A DNA stretch of 64,000 bases, taken from the NCBI GenBank assembly GCA_963729045.1, contig CAVSMN010000009.1:32001-96000 (forward strand). Direction: 5' to 3'. This DNA comes from an uncultured Nitrososphaeraceae archaeon (GTDB lineage: Archaea; Thermoproteota; Nitrososphaeria; Nitrososphaerales; Nitrososphaeraceae). Below, one piece after another: positions 1 through 10,529 of the stretch; position 1 is the first letter of the stretch, and each line of letters begins with the position of its first letter. A program made the translations under genes and the position numbers. The notes beneath the pieces are model-generated. The model worked only from the letters and a program-made list of their open reading frames with translations. It had not been told where the DNA came from and searched no databases.

Positions 1-852
1 GGAATAGTTTAGGAATTCATCAATTGCATCAGTGTACAAACTATATTTTCTAATATGATCCAGAGGAACATCGGATGGTGTTATTGGGCTTACATCTGCA
101 GGATTATTCTCATCATCTAAAATAATGCATGGTTCATGTCCAATACCGGTTGAAATATTTCTTATTAAAGAAGTCAATTCTTCGAATAGGTTCTTTAGTT
201 CAACTGAAGTCAGATCTCTAACTTTCTTATTTGGGACTTTACTATTTTGAACTGCCAATTCGATAAATTTCTTTGAAATTGATAATGTTCGTCCTAACCA
301 TCTTTTTATATCAATATTGTCCTGATCGCTATTCTTGATTAAAGACAAAAAATCGTCATAACCTAAAGATAGTGGATCAGCTCCTCTAGAGGGAGGGGGA
401 AAATACTTCAGCCCAGGTTTCAACACCCTATGTCGAACGTTAATGGGATTTAGAATATTCAAAATCTTGTGAGAGTCATTGCAAATTATTATGTTGCCAT
501 GACCAAACAATTCGACAATTAAGTAATATTTCATTCCTTGAATAGATTGAAAAACAAATTGAACTATTCGTTCTCCAGGTACAACAGAGATATCGATCAG
601 TTTTGAGCGTTCAAGATCAGTCTTAATTTTTTTTAAAGAGTCATTATCTTCAATAATAGAATATTTATATTTGGTAATACAGATTCCAAAGGAGGAAACT
701 AGAAGTGAAACATCATTTTTTTGTGAATGGTGAAATTTTAGGATCAGAGCGTTTTTTGTTATAAGAGAAATATTGCTTACATAATAAACATTATCAATAA
801 CTGTTTTGATGTTATTTACAATATATCTAAGTTCAATCTCTGAAATAGCCAT
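1..852 (-). CDS. rqcH: NFACT/RqcH (Rqc2/NEMF) ribosome quality-control protein, N-terminal part; runs off the window start
   Basis: Translated by hand from ATG at 852 (absent from the ORF track): MAISEIELRYIVNNI...PGERIVQF...LIVELFGHGNIIIC...RHRVLKPGLKYFPPP, the NFACT-N pattern (ER.., ELFG.GN). Confidence 0.85.
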   Translation of the reverse strand, partial: MAISEIELRYIVNNIKTVIDNVYYVSNISLITKNALILKFHHSQKNDVSLLVSSFGICITKYKYSIIEDNDSLKKIKTDLERSKLIDISVVPGERIVQFVFQSIQGMKYYLIVELFGHGNIIICNDSHKILNILNPINVRHRVLKPGLKYFPPPSRGADPLSLGYDDFLSLIKNSDQDNIDIKRWLGRTLSISKKFIELAVQNSKVPNKKVRDLTSVELKNLFEELTSLIRNISTGIGHEPCIILDDENNPADVSPITPSDVPLDHIRKYSLYTDAIDEFLNYS

Positions 853-1094
853 CTAAATTTATCATGATCTTGTTGAATATAATAAGATACAATATGCCAC
901 TATTCAGAATTAGATTAGCAGAACCAAATGAAGTTGAATTCAAGAATAGATTATTAGAATTGATTGTATTGTGAGACTGTGTTCAAACCCATGGATAGTC
1001 CAATTGGGGTCATTGTGCTTGCAGACTTTGTCTTTTTCTGATCCAAGAAAGTAGGAATTAAATGTGGCTGATTAAAAACTAATAGCGCATATCC

Positions 1095-1388
1095 TTGCAA
1101 ATAGAAGATAAAATATATTATTTAAGAGTCGTTATGGCTGCAATCGCAGGATCCATTTTGGGTGCCGTCGTAAAACCTAATTCTGATCAATCCAATACTA
1201 TAGGATTAACAATATTAGTAGGCATTATTTTTTATTCCGTATCTCATATAATTGCAAGTAGGATGGTTGGGGACATTCCTAAAGAAAAAAAGAAAAAAAT
1301 AATTACAATAGCAATTTTTGGTTTTATTTTCATGTTACTTACATTTATGGTATTAACATATACGGTGTTAAACCAACATATCATATGA
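1095..1388 (+). CDS. Small three-TM membrane protein, EMC6/Rab5ip-like
   Basis: Three hydrophobic helices; YLR...AAIAGSILG and C-terminal F..L.Y.V resemble EMC6-like proteins. Confidence 0.5.
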   Translation: MQIEDKIYYLRVVMAAIAGSILGAVVKPNSDQSNTIGLTILVGIIFYSVSHIIASRMVGDIPKEKKKKIITIAIFGFIFMLLTFMVLTYTVLNQHII

Positions 1389-1392
1389 AACG

Positions 1393-1986
1393 ATGGAAAT
1401 GATTTGGAATTATAAAACTCCTGGCATTCCTGATGAATTTTTTGACAGGATAGACAACGTACCAATTACAAAAGAAGACATACGATCGATAATAATTAGT
1501 AAACTACGACTAAAAGAAGGGTTTACAACATTAGATATTGGATGTGGTAGTGGTAGTATAACTGCGGAATTGATTCTTCAAACAAAAGGTAAAGTTTATG
1601 CCATTGATATGGACAAGGCTGCGATTGACCTAACGGAGAAAAATTTATCGAAATTTGGGATCTTAAATGATGCCATGATTATTCATGGATTAGCTCAGGA
1701 TGTATTACCCAAGTTGCCTAATGTTGACGCAATTGTAATAGGTGGAACTACTGGGGAAACCAAACAGATAATAAAATTAGCTATTTCCAAGTTAAATCAA
1801 GGGGGGAGATTAGTGGTCACATCCATCTTGATAGAAACTATATATAATGCACTTAGGACCATGCAAGATTCAGAATTGCAAGAGATAGATATAACTCAGG
1901 TGACTATTGCAAAGGCAAAAAAAACCAGCTCAGGGACTATGATGATTTCAAGAAATCCGGTAATAATCTTCTCCGGTACAAAGTAA
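1393..1986 (+). CDS. cbiT: Cobalt-precorrin-6B C15-methyltransferase (decarboxylating)
   Basis: PGIPDEFF, PITKEDIR, LDIGCGSGS, RNPV motifs; in an operon with cbiL and cbiF. Confidence 0.93.
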   Translation: MEMIWNYKTPGIPDEFFDRIDNVPITKEDIRSIIISKLRLKEGFTTLDIGCGSGSITAELILQTKGKVYAIDMDKAAIDLTEKNLSKFGILNDAMIIHGLAQDVLPKLPNVDAIVIGGTTGETKQIIKLAISKLNQGGRLVVTSILIETIYNALRTMQDSELQEIDITQVTIAKAKKTSSGTMMISRNPVIIFSGTK

Positions 1987-2025
1987 AATACAAAAACTTT
2001 AATTAATATTTTCTAAAAATCCTTT

Positions 2026-2757
2026 ATGGGTAATTTTACACTACATTGTGTTGGCTGTGGTCCTGGTGATCCCGATTTGCTAACTTTGAAAGCAATCAAT
2101 ATTATTAAAAATGCTGATGTGATTTATACCCCAACTGCTAGAGAGAATAAACCCAGTGTTGCATTGTCAATAGTCGAAAAATTTCTCGCCAAAGAAACTG
2201 AAATTCGTCAATTAGTTTTTCCCATGGTAAAAGATTATGAGAAATTAAGAGAACATTGGAAGAGTAATGCCAAAGAAATAGCAGATGCGGTCAGAATTGG
2301 AAAAAAAGCCGTTTATTTAACTGTAGGTGATCCATCTCTTTACAGTACTTGGATATATATTCACAAAGAAATGTGCAAGACCCATAAGGACATTGAGATA
2401 GAGATAGTACCAGGAATAACATCCATTTTCTCGTTTTCTGCCGAAATTAAAACTCCGATAGGAGAAGGAGAGGAAATAATAGGAATAATTCCCGCATGTT
2501 ATAATCTAGACAGGTTAAAAATAGCAGCAGAATGTTGTGATACACTGGTGTTCTTAAAGGACGGTCGATATTTTAATAATGTAATAGACATACTAATGGA
2601 ATCAAGTTTTCCAGAGGATTCAGATATTTTTATTGCTGAAGATGTCTCAACCGATAATGAAACATTACAAAAAAGGAAGCTTGTTGACGTGGCAAAAAAC
2701 AAAAATGAAAACAATGATAAGTACTTTTCAATAATGATAGCCAAAAAGAAAAAATGA
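2026..2757 (+). CDS. cbiL: Cobalt-precorrin-2 C20-methyltransferase
   Basis: GCGPGDPDLLTLKA, FPM, GDPSLYST, VPGITS motifs. Confidence 0.9.
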   Translation: MGNFTLHCVGCGPGDPDLLTLKAINIIKNADVIYTPTARENKPSVALSIVEKFLAKETEIRQLVFPMVKDYEKLREHWKSNAKEIADAVRIGKKAVYLTVGDPSLYSTWIYIHKEMCKTHKDIEIEIVPGITSIFSFSAEIKTPIGEGEEIIGIIPACYNLDRLKIAAECCDTLVFLKDGRYFNNVIDILMESSFPEDSDIFIAEDVSTDNETLQKRKLVDVAKNKNENNDKYFSIMIAKKKK

Positions 2758-3545
2758 TCCAAAAGAATACAGTTTATTTTGTAGGTTCAGGACCAGGAGA
2801 CCCTGAATTAATTACAATAAAAGCAAAGAATCTTTTAGAAAACGCCGATGTAATAATATATTCGGGATCGTTATTAAATCCCGAATTATTGAGGTATGCT
2901 AAAAGAGATGCTCAATTACACGATGCAGCGAAATTAGACAGATTAGAAATATATGAAATTCTAAAGGATTCTACAAGAAAGGGCAAGTTGGCGATTAGGT
3001 TTCATGATGGAGACCCAGCTATTTTTAGTACTATAAGGGAACAAATAGACAGATTAGAGAAAGATGAAATCGAATGTAGTGTTATTCCTGGAATTACATC
3101 ACTTCTTGGTGCAGCCGCATCGATGAATCTAGAATTAACTTTGCCTGGTATTACTCAAACAATAATCATAACTCGCGCAGAATTCAGAACACCTGTTCCA
3201 GACAGAGAGCGAATTTCAGAATTGTCAAAACATGGATCGACCATGGCATTTTATTTAAGCGTGCATTTACTTGAAAGGGTTATTGAAGAATTATTGGAGG
3301 GTGGAGTTTATACTAATGATACACCAGTTGCAATAATATATAAAGCAACATGGAAAGATCAAAAAATACTAAAGGGCACTCTTGGTACCATTACAAAGAA
3401 AGTCAAAGAAGAAAGGATTGTTAAAACTGCATTAATAGTGGTTGGAGATGTGATAGCACCAAAAAAATATGAATTTTCAAAAGTTTATGATTCACAGTTT
3501 ACCCATGGATATAGAAAAAGTAAAGAGAGTAATTCTAGCTCTTAA
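2754..3545 (+). CDS. cbiF: Cobalt-precorrin-4 C11-methyltransferase
   Basis: VGSGPGDPELIT, YSGSL, HDGDP, ELTLPGITQTIIITR, Y...FTHGYR; ATGA overlap with cbiL. Confidence 0.93.
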   Translation: MIQKNTVYFVGSGPGDPELITIKAKNLLENADVIIYSGSLLNPELLRYAKRDAQLHDAAKLDRLEIYEILKDSTRKGKLAIRFHDGDPAIFSTIREQIDRLEKDEIECSVIPGITSLLGAAASMNLELTLPGITQTIIITRAEFRTPVPDRERISELSKHGSTMAFYLSVHLLERVIEELLEGGVYTNDTPVAIIYKATWKDQKILKGTLGTITKKVKEERIVKTALIVVGDVIAPKKYEFSKVYDSQFTHGYRKSKESNSSS

Positions 3546-3838
3546 TTGAGAGGGACACGCTGTAATTCTTTTTGATTTACAGTCGCCCAAGCCCCCATAC
3601 CTCGTCCCTCAGGTCCATTGAAATCTATAATTTGACTCAATATGATTTCTGTAGGAGCCATTGGAGGCCATAACATTGCCATATAATCGCCCTCATTACC
3701 TGGTTTATTCATATCAGCCAAAACTAATTTTTCTGTTTTCAAACCAATATCACCAAGTCTTGATTTAACAGTTTCAAATAATTGCTTTTGACCATGAACT
3801 ATCACATAAACATTTTTTTCGGTATCAAGATTAGACAT
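3542..3838 (-). CDS. Hypothetical protein
   Basis: 98-aa ORF with ATG, TATA-like TTTATAAA upstream and normal protein composition. Confidence 0.7.
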   Translation of the reverse strand: MSNLDTEKNVYVIVHGQKQLFETVKSRLGDIGLKTEKLVLADMNKPGNEGDYMAMLWPPMAPTEIILSQIIDFNGPEGRGMGAWATVNQKELQRVPLN

Positions 3839-4255
3839 ACTAAACCTAATACGGAGTATTTATAAAATGATTACTAATCATCACCATATCATAAAAGTCC
3901 ATGGCGGTACAATTTCATTTTCAATATCATTATCATCATCATTTTTACCAGTCAAATCAACAACATATGTAATTGAAAAATTAATCGTTTTGAAGAATTT
4001 GTTATAAATTTCATGAGAATAAATAGGATCCAATAGTACAATTACTCAGGATTTTGCTATCATTGATTATTCATTTCTCAAAACATCAATGATAAAAAAA
4101 TAGTAGAAAATCACTATAATTTGTAAATTTTGTATGAATTTACATCACCTAGTTCGAAAAACACACTTGTAGAAAAGAATGTTTAAATATATTCAAAATT
4201 TGCAATTACTAATTAAAAAACATTTAATACCATCCTTGATTAACTTAGATGCAAC

Positions 4256-4519
4256 ATGACATTACCAAAGGGATTTGGTTCACAAACTAATACTCAAAAG
4301 AACAGAACATTTGATGAATGGTGGGCAACCGTACCCGGAGATTTGAAAACAAAAGCTCGCAAGGGCGATGAAGCCAACAAGGTTTTATTGAATCAGGTAA
4401 ATTATGTATTACTCCATCTTCATCTTCAGGGTAAACATGATACAAAACCATCACATGAAGAATTAAAAGACTGGCTTCATAGTGGTCAAGTAGACGTAAT
4501 GCGTCAAATCAAAAAATAA
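4256..4519 (+). CDS. Small His-containing helical protein with N-terminal MTLPKGFG extension; paralog of 57071-57292
   Basis: ORF; near-identical second copy in the window; followed by a T-tract. Confidence 0.85.
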   Translation: MTLPKGFGSQTNTQKNRTFDEWWATVPGDLKTKARKGDEANKVLLNQVNYVLLHLHLQGKHDTKPSHEELKDWLHSGQVDVMRQIKK

Positions 4520-4624
4520 TATTTTTTTTAAAGTAATATTTTTTTATTATATATTTAATATAACATAAAAACAACAAAAATAAAATATATATAAATATAC
4601 TATTAGATAAAAAGTATTCGAGTT

Positions 4625-5317
4625 TTGAAGAGAGGTAGTCATATAGCAATTTTCGATACTTTTAAAACTCATCAAGCAAAATCAACTAGAGAATCCAAGA
4701 GACAAAGAGGAATAATAGCACATATAGCGTTAGAAAAAGACCCGAGTGGAAAAACTAGGACTTCAATAGCTCATATTTTAGCCAAGAAATATGGGGTAGC
4801 CTGGCAAAATATTTACTCGGCTATTTTTAAAGATCTTGACGAGGTATTGATACCCGCAAACGTAGTAAAAGAGGGTGGCAGATTGCCAATAAAAAGGGGT
4901 CCAAAAGCCCTTCAAATTGAGGGAATACCGTACTATGAGCTCACTAATACAGGCCTTATAATTGCATCAACCATTGAGGAAACAGGTGACATTAGGTTGC
5001 GAATGAAGCTGCTTGAGCTTTACCTTTTGAATTCAAATGCGAATAATACAAGCATTAATGAAAATAATAGTATAATAAATGACGGAATTTTATTACTATC
5101 ACGATATGCCCCGACCTTTATTTTGAAAATAATAAACGAGTACATTGTGGCATATAATCGTGGAGAAATAGAAAGACTAGATAGGCTTGACATTGAAAAT
5201 CTTAAGAAGGTTATATCTAATCAAATAACAATTGAAAAAGAATTGGTAGAGGCCTGTATGGTGTTATCTAATGATAAGAAGGAAGTATTAAAGAACTTTA
5301 TAGAAAAGATTAGTTAA
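4625..5317 (+). CDS. Putative winged-helix DNA-binding protein
   Basis: TRTSIAH...WQNIYSAIFKDL...PYYELTNTGL wHTH-like pattern. Confidence 0.6.
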   Translation: MKRGSHIAIFDTFKTHQAKSTRESKRQRGIIAHIALEKDPSGKTRTSIAHILAKKYGVAWQNIYSAIFKDLDEVLIPANVVKEGGRLPIKRGPKALQIEGIPYYELTNTGLIIASTIEETGDIRLRMKLLELYLLNSNANNTSINENNSIINDGILLLSRYAPTFILKIINEYIVAYNRGEIERLDRLDIENLKKVISNQITIEKELVEACMVLSNDKKEVLKNFIEKIS

Positions 5318-5334
5318 TGAATGGCATCGAGATG

Positions 5335-6264
5335 CTATCTCAGGTAATGAACCGGTATTATTTTTAGATCAAATGCCAATTCGGTATGAAAGAATACTGA
5401 TTTGGCTTCATCTAATAAGATATTTAGATCTTTATATCTACTGCTAAAGTGGGTCAGACATAATCTATGTACGGAAGCCATTTTAGCTAGAGTTGCAGTT
5501 TCGATGGCAGTAGAATGATAGGATTCGATTGCCTTTGTAAGTTCATTGGATGAGAATGTTGATTCGAAGATCAGTAAATCACAATTTCTAAAAAAATCGC
5601 ACAGACTGTCAGATGGACGCGTGTCTCCAGAAATACCAATTTTCCTACCAGGTCTTGTAGGACCAACAATATCATGAGAATAAAATAATTTATCATCATA
5701 AATGACATCAACACCTTTTTGAAGTGAGCCATACAATTCTCCTTCAGGAATACCTAATTCTTTTGCTCGTCTCGCGTCAAATTTTCCGGGCCTATCATTT
5801 TCAAGCAAACAATATGCATATGAACAAATATTAGGACCATGTTCGGATTTACAGTATAATATCTTATAGTCCTTCTCCACTACAACAGTTCCTTGAGAAT
5901 TAGGAATTACATGAATGTCTAGTTGAAAAGTTAATTTGATGTGGAGCAATTTCATGTTCTCAACTAAGAAATCATATATTAGTTCTGGACCGAAAATATC
6001 AACCGCGGCCTTCCTACCTTGTAGTGATAGTGTTTGTAGAAAACCCAATATGCCCAAAATATGATCAGAGTGCATATGAGTAATGAATATCATAGTTTTC
6101 TTATTAAACCCCAATCCAGTACGAATAAAATTATATTGCATCCCCTCCCCGGCATCAAAAATCAACAAAGTCCCATTTCTATTTACTACAAGAGAAGAAA
6201 GTGACCGGTCTACTGCAGGCATCGCTGCAGACGTTCCAAGAAAAATAACTTCGAGATTTACCAT
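5335..6264 (-). CDS. rnz: Ribonuclease Z (tRNA 3' endonuclease)
   Basis: FLGTSAAMP, FDAGEG, THMHSDH, exosite GIPEG, SGDTRP, HST, THFSSRY. Confidence 0.95.
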   Translation of the reverse strand: MVNLEVIFLGTSAAMPAVDRSLSSLVVNRNGTLLIFDAGEGMQYNFIRTGLGFNKKTMIFITHMHSDHILGILGFLQTLSLQGRKAAVDIFGPELIYDFLVENMKLLHIKLTFQLDIHVIPNSQGTVVVEKDYKILYCKSEHGPNICSYAYCLLENDRPGKFDARRAKELGIPEGELYGSLQKGVDVIYDDKLFYSHDIVGPTRPGRKIGISGDTRPSDSLCDFFRNCDLLIFESTFSSNELTKAIESYHSTAIETATLAKMASVHRLCLTHFSSRYKDLNILLDEAKSVFFHTELAFDLKIIPVHYLR

Positions 6265-6271
6265 CTAATGC

Positions 6272-7174
6272 TCAATCACGTGATAAAATAGAGGACAAGG
6301 TTTTTGCAATCTCGCTACTCAAATCAATCTTTGAACAGGATCTTGGGATACTATTGGTAGAAACAATCTCATTTATTCCAGAACTCTTTAACAAATTTAT
6401 GGATTTCTCATCCGACAGGGCATGAACGCACATCACAAAGACTTTGCCGCAACTATTATTTTTTAATATATCCACAGCCCTGAGTATAGTTCCTCCACTA
6501 GATACCATATCATCAAGAATCACAATATCTCGATTCGTAACTGAAATATTTAGTTTTTCATCCATGGTAATATTTCCAGTGAATCTATCTCTATTTTTTC
6601 TTAACCCAAGGAAAGAAGCATTCATAATTCCAGCAAACTCTTTTGCTCTAGGAACTCCTCCAAGGTCTGGTGATACAATAATAGGTTCTGTTAAATTAAA
6701 ATTGTTAATGGCATATTTTGCCAGTAATGGCATAGAAGAAATATTAAAAATGTCATAATTGAAATAAGATAATGCCTTAGTACTGTGTATATCAACAGTT
6801 ATCAGATTACGAGTTCCAAAATATCCAAACAGTTTTGCTATCATAGACATGGTCACAAATTCTCCTTCCAGAAATACCCTATCCTGTCTAGCATAACCCA
6901 TGTAAGGGATAACCGGAATAACTTCAGAAGCGCCAGAGTCGTTACAATATGACAACATCATCAATGTCTGTAAAAAATGCGAATCTACAGGGGGATAAGT
7001 AGATTGTACAACAATGCATTTTTTATCAAGTAAATTCGCATTAATTGTTATTTTACTTTCTCCATCAGAAAAAGTGCGTAATTCGACTTCAACAGGATCA
7101 ACATTTAAACACGAAGCAATAGAATTCCCCAATTCTATCGAAGAAGGTCCCGGCAATACGACTACATCTTTCAT
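6272..7174 (-). CDS. prs: Ribose-phosphate pyrophosphokinase
   Basis: FSDGE, PYMGYARQD, VDIH, SPDLGG, LDDMVSSGGT. Confidence 0.95.
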   Translation of the reverse strand: MKDVVVLPGPSSIELGNSIASCLNVDPVEVELRTFSDGESKITINANLLDKKCIVVQSTYPPVDSHFLQTLMMLSYCNDSGASEVIPVIPYMGYARQDRVFLEGEFVTMSMIAKLFGYFGTRNLITVDIHSTKALSYFNYDIFNISSMPLLAKYAINNFNLTEPIIVSPDLGGVPRAKEFAGIMNASFLGLRKNRDRFTGNITMDEKLNISVTNRDIVILDDMVSSGGTILRAVDILKNNSCGKVFVMCVHALSDEKSINLLKSSGINEIVSTNSIPRSCSKIDLSSEIAKTLSSILSRD

Positions 7175-7481
7175 GACATGATTGAAATGATATGAGAATC
7201 TTAAAAATGTTGAACTATTAATAATATCTTATATTAAGTATGTTCGAATTTCTACAATAGATCAATTGGATTGATATAACTGATATGTATATCCGATTTG
7301 ATATCAATGTTCACAAGAATACACATTGGAAAAACATGATAAAAAATCAGGCAAGATCGCGAGAACATCCATACTTAGGAATGTGATTGAAAATTATTTA
7401 CCACTTTATGTTATAAATATGTAGAGATCAATTTGATACAATTATGTATCAGTATAAAATCATATTGTGCAATATATATAT

Positions 7482-9596
7482 CTATTGCTTAATAATCAGC
7501 AAGACCTCAGAATCAATTTTATCTAACTGTTCTCTAATAGCTTGAACTACTTGTTCGTTCGCGTTTAGGCTAGAAAAATCCAATAGTTGAAACCCATCAA
7601 CCAATTGAACATTTGGAGATAGATCAGAATTTGAGGAAAATTTAGAAATAATTGATGGGAGATCTGCAGACATTTTGGTTGAAAAGCCATGCATCAGTTT
7701 GCCATTATCCAAAGAGAGGCGCACTCTCCCAAATTTATCTAATATCAATATAGATTGCATTCTTGTTTTAAAGAATAATTTTTTTTTCTGATAAGTATTC
7801 ATAAAAATATAATAATTTCCTAGTTTATGTTCCAAAGTAATGTCCCCATCATTATGAAACAAGGTTTTTGCAATCTCTACTACTTCCTCTTGTTTTAACT
7901 CTCTAGAACCGACATTATTTAAGTCTAGAGTAACATTACCGATAACAGTGACTCTCAAAATTGAACGATCGCTTATATATTCCGATTGAACAGATAGTGA
8001 ATCAGGAGATGCATTTTTTCTAATAGCTACATCTTTAATCTCCGTTATTAATTGAGTAACATCTTCTGGAGTAGGATTATTAATGGTTTTCTCTTTCTCT
8101 TCATAAATCATTCCTGTGGCTACACCTATGGATGAAATGACATCGGCGTAATCTGCTTTTTTGTATTCAAAACTGAGTTTCTTAGCAACAAGTGGTACCA
8201 AAACGGAAGCACCTCCTCCTCCCCCGATAACCACTATTCTATTCTTTGATAATTTGTACTCTTTTACCATTGGAATTATATAATCCGATATCTTTGAAAC
8301 AGAAATATCTAGAACTTGACTAGCAATTTGCTCAGGCGACATTCCCATATAGATAGCCAACTTCGTAAATGCAATCCTAGCTGAATCCGCATTTCCATAT
8401 GCATTATCATTTTTTGGGATGAGACCTAATGCATTAGCGGCACATGTGTTGGTGATCCCGTATGCTTTTCCTCCAGGAACTTTGATACTAATATAGTCAT
8501 TAGGATCATTATTCAATGGACTAATAGGTACAATTTCACCCTTTATCAATTCATCAGGATCGGCAAAACAAGAATACTCTAATCCTGCAATGTGTGAGGA
8601 TCGAGGACCAACATCAATAATCTTTCTCTTTGATGAAAGTCTCAATAAAGACCCCCCAGCAACCCCACAAATTCTTACATCAAGTGATCTTATACAAGTT
8701 GGATGTTCCATTATGTTCACATAACGCATTTCAGGCTTTCCATCCTTAATTATACTGATGTTAGTTGAAGTACCACCAACTTCTATAAATATGCCTTCTA
8801 AAACCTGTAAGAAGAGCAAAGCGCCTACAACACTTGCAGCTGGACCTGAAAGCACTGTTATTATTGGCTTGTGCAAAAAAGAATCCAATGTGGTTACACC
8901 ACCATCACCTTTCATTATCATTACTGGTACATTTATGCCTAAGTTATTGACTGCAGATTTAACATAATTTGCGGTACTTGTGGCTTTTGGAAGAATGCTA
9001 GCATTAATTGTTGCTGTCAAAGTTCTGATCTCTAATCCATAAATTCCAGTTAATTCATGCCCGGCAGTACAAGGAAGTTTAGAATGCTTCATTACAAATA
9101 ATTCGTTACTTGGATCATCAACTCCGAAAGCCTCACTTACAACTATGGATTGAGCTCCCTCTGAAACCAGATTCTCTATGGATTTTTCGATCCCAGGCTC
9201 CTCTAAATATTTAGAGGTATCCAAAAAGGTATAACAGGTTCTAAGAAATTTATTAGAATTTAGGGATATATCTTTAATATGAGTTCTTTTCACGACATTT
9301 GTTTTTTCCATTCCTACCCCCATTCCAATAATGCCAACTTTTGATACGTCTCCCTCAAGAAAGGCGTTGACAGCTTGGGTGGTACTATGAGAAATTAACT
9401 CTATTTCTTTATGGTCTATGTTGCACATCTCAATTAATGTGGATAAGGCGTTAACAATGCCTACAGAAACACCGCCTTCTAAAGAGTGTGTTGTTGAAAC
9501 AGATTTTTTTCCTAGTATTTTTTTTTCAATTACGTCAATAGCTACGGCTTTGGTAAAGGTGCCCCCTACATCTATTCCGATCCTAATTTTTTTCAT
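7482..9596 (-). CDS. Hydantoinase A / 5-oxoprolinase ATP-binding family protein (no B subunit adjacent)
   Basis: IGIDVGGTFTKAV, HSTT, LSGPAASV, EVGGTST, AGGS motifs. Confidence 0.85.
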   Translation of the reverse strand: MKKIRIGIDVGGTFTKAVAIDVIEKKILGKKSVSTTHSLEGGVSVGIVNALSTLIEMCNIDHKEIELISHSTTQAVNAFLEGDVSKVGIIGMGVGMEKTNVVKRTHIKDISLNSNKFLRTCYTFLDTSKYLEEPGIEKSIENLVSEGAQSIVVSEAFGVDDPSNELFVMKHSKLPCTAGHELTGIYGLEIRTLTATINASILPKATSTANYVKSAVNNLGINVPVMIMKGDGGVTTLDSFLHKPIITVLSGPAASVVGALLFLQVLEGIFIEVGGTSTNISIIKDGKPEMRYVNIMEHPTCIRSLDVRICGVAGGSLLRLSSKRKIIDVGPRSSHIAGLEYSCFADPDELIKGEIVPISPLNNDPNDYISIKVPGGKAYGITNTCAANALGLIPKNDNAYGNADSARIAFTKLAIYMGMSPEQIASQVLDISVSKISDYIIPMVKEYKLSKNRIVVIGGGGGASVLVPLVAKKLSFEYKKADYADVISSIGVATGMIYEEKEKTINNPTPEDVTQLITEIKDVAIRKNASPDSLSVQSEYISDRSILRVTVIGNVTLDLNNVGSRELKQEEVVEIAKTLFHNDGDITLEHKLGNYYIFMNTYQKKKLFFKTRMQSILILDKFGRVRLSLDNGKLMHGFSTKMSADLPSIISKFSSNSDLSPNVQLVDGFQLLDFSSLNANEQVVQAIREQLDKIDSEVLLIIKQ

Positions 9597-9682
9597 ACCT
9601 TTTGCTCACTCGCTTTCATAAAAACCAGAAAAACGTTTGTTTCATGCATTCCAAGTAATTTAAATGCTACCATATCGAAGAG

Positions 9683-10486
9683 TTACATTTGTAGTGAGAC
9701 ATCAAATATTATTTCTTTGATTCCCATATATCTAAGGATTGACTGAAAGTTTTTTTTATCTGCAGAAACAAGAATTTCGAGCTTGCCTTTGCTATTCTTA
9801 TTCTTATCCAAGTCTCCAGTATATTTGAGATAATTCTTCACATCTTTTGCAACTTCAGCTGAAGAATTGATGAACTTTATAGAGGGTAAAATAGCTTCAA
9901 TATAATTTTTAACAAATGGTAAATGGGTACTACCTAATGCAATAACATCAATCGTGTTATCAATATTTGAGTCAATTATTTCTCGGATTTTATCATAGGT
10001 AAATTTCTGATCAAATAAAAATGATCCACTTTCAACTAGATTAATAATCTCTGAAGAATCTACCTTATCCACAAAAATCTGTTGGGGTATTTCTTTTTTT
10101 ATCAAGTAATTGAACTCTTTGCTATCAAGTGTACCTTTTGATGCCATTATTGCTATGTGTTTTTTCCTACTCAAGTTTATTGTCTTATCAAGCGGTAGTT
10201 TTGTTGAAATGATAGTTGTCGAAAAATTGTTCTTGATTTCATCATAAATTTGAACAGATGGGGTATTTGATGCCATTACTATTAGTTTTGGCTGATATTT
10301 CTCCAAAAATTTGATGGATTTTAGTATTATTGACTTTAATTCACTCTTAGTTTTATTTCCATACGGAAAATTCTTTTTATCTGCAAAATACAAAATATTC
10401 TCAGAGGGAATAATCTTCCTCAATTCTCTCACAACAGATAGCGAACCCAATCCTGAATCAAAAACTGCAATTGGCCTATATAGCAT
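9683..10486 (-). CDS. murI: Glutamate racemase (MurI)-like protein with Ser at both catalytic Cys positions
   Basis: IAVFDSGLGSLSV and FPYG.K motifs; ASNT and LGSTH in place of ACNT and LGCTH. Confidence 0.85.
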   Translation of the reverse strand: MLYRPIAVFDSGLGSLSVVRELRKIIPSENILYFADKKNFPYGNKTKSELKSIILKSIKFLEKYQPKLIVMASNTPSVQIYDEIKNNFSTTIISTKLPLDKTINLSRKKHIAIMASKGTLDSKEFNYLIKKEIPQQIFVDKVDSSEIINLVESGSFLFDQKFTYDKIREIIDSNIDNTIDVIALGSTHLPFVKNYIEAILPSIKFINSSAEVAKDVKNYLKYTGDLDKNKNSKGKLEILVSADKKNFQSILRYMGIKEIIFDVSLQM

Positions 10487-10529
10487 AATTAACAGTATCT
10501 AATAAGAGGTAAAAATGTTTGAAATATAA

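Noticed and set aside
960..1075. Slightly GC-richer intergenic stretch before the cbi operon: cobalamin riboswitch, C/D sRNA or sORF
   Set aside because: No B12-box or clear C/D box pair and no convincing ORF; needs an Rfam search.
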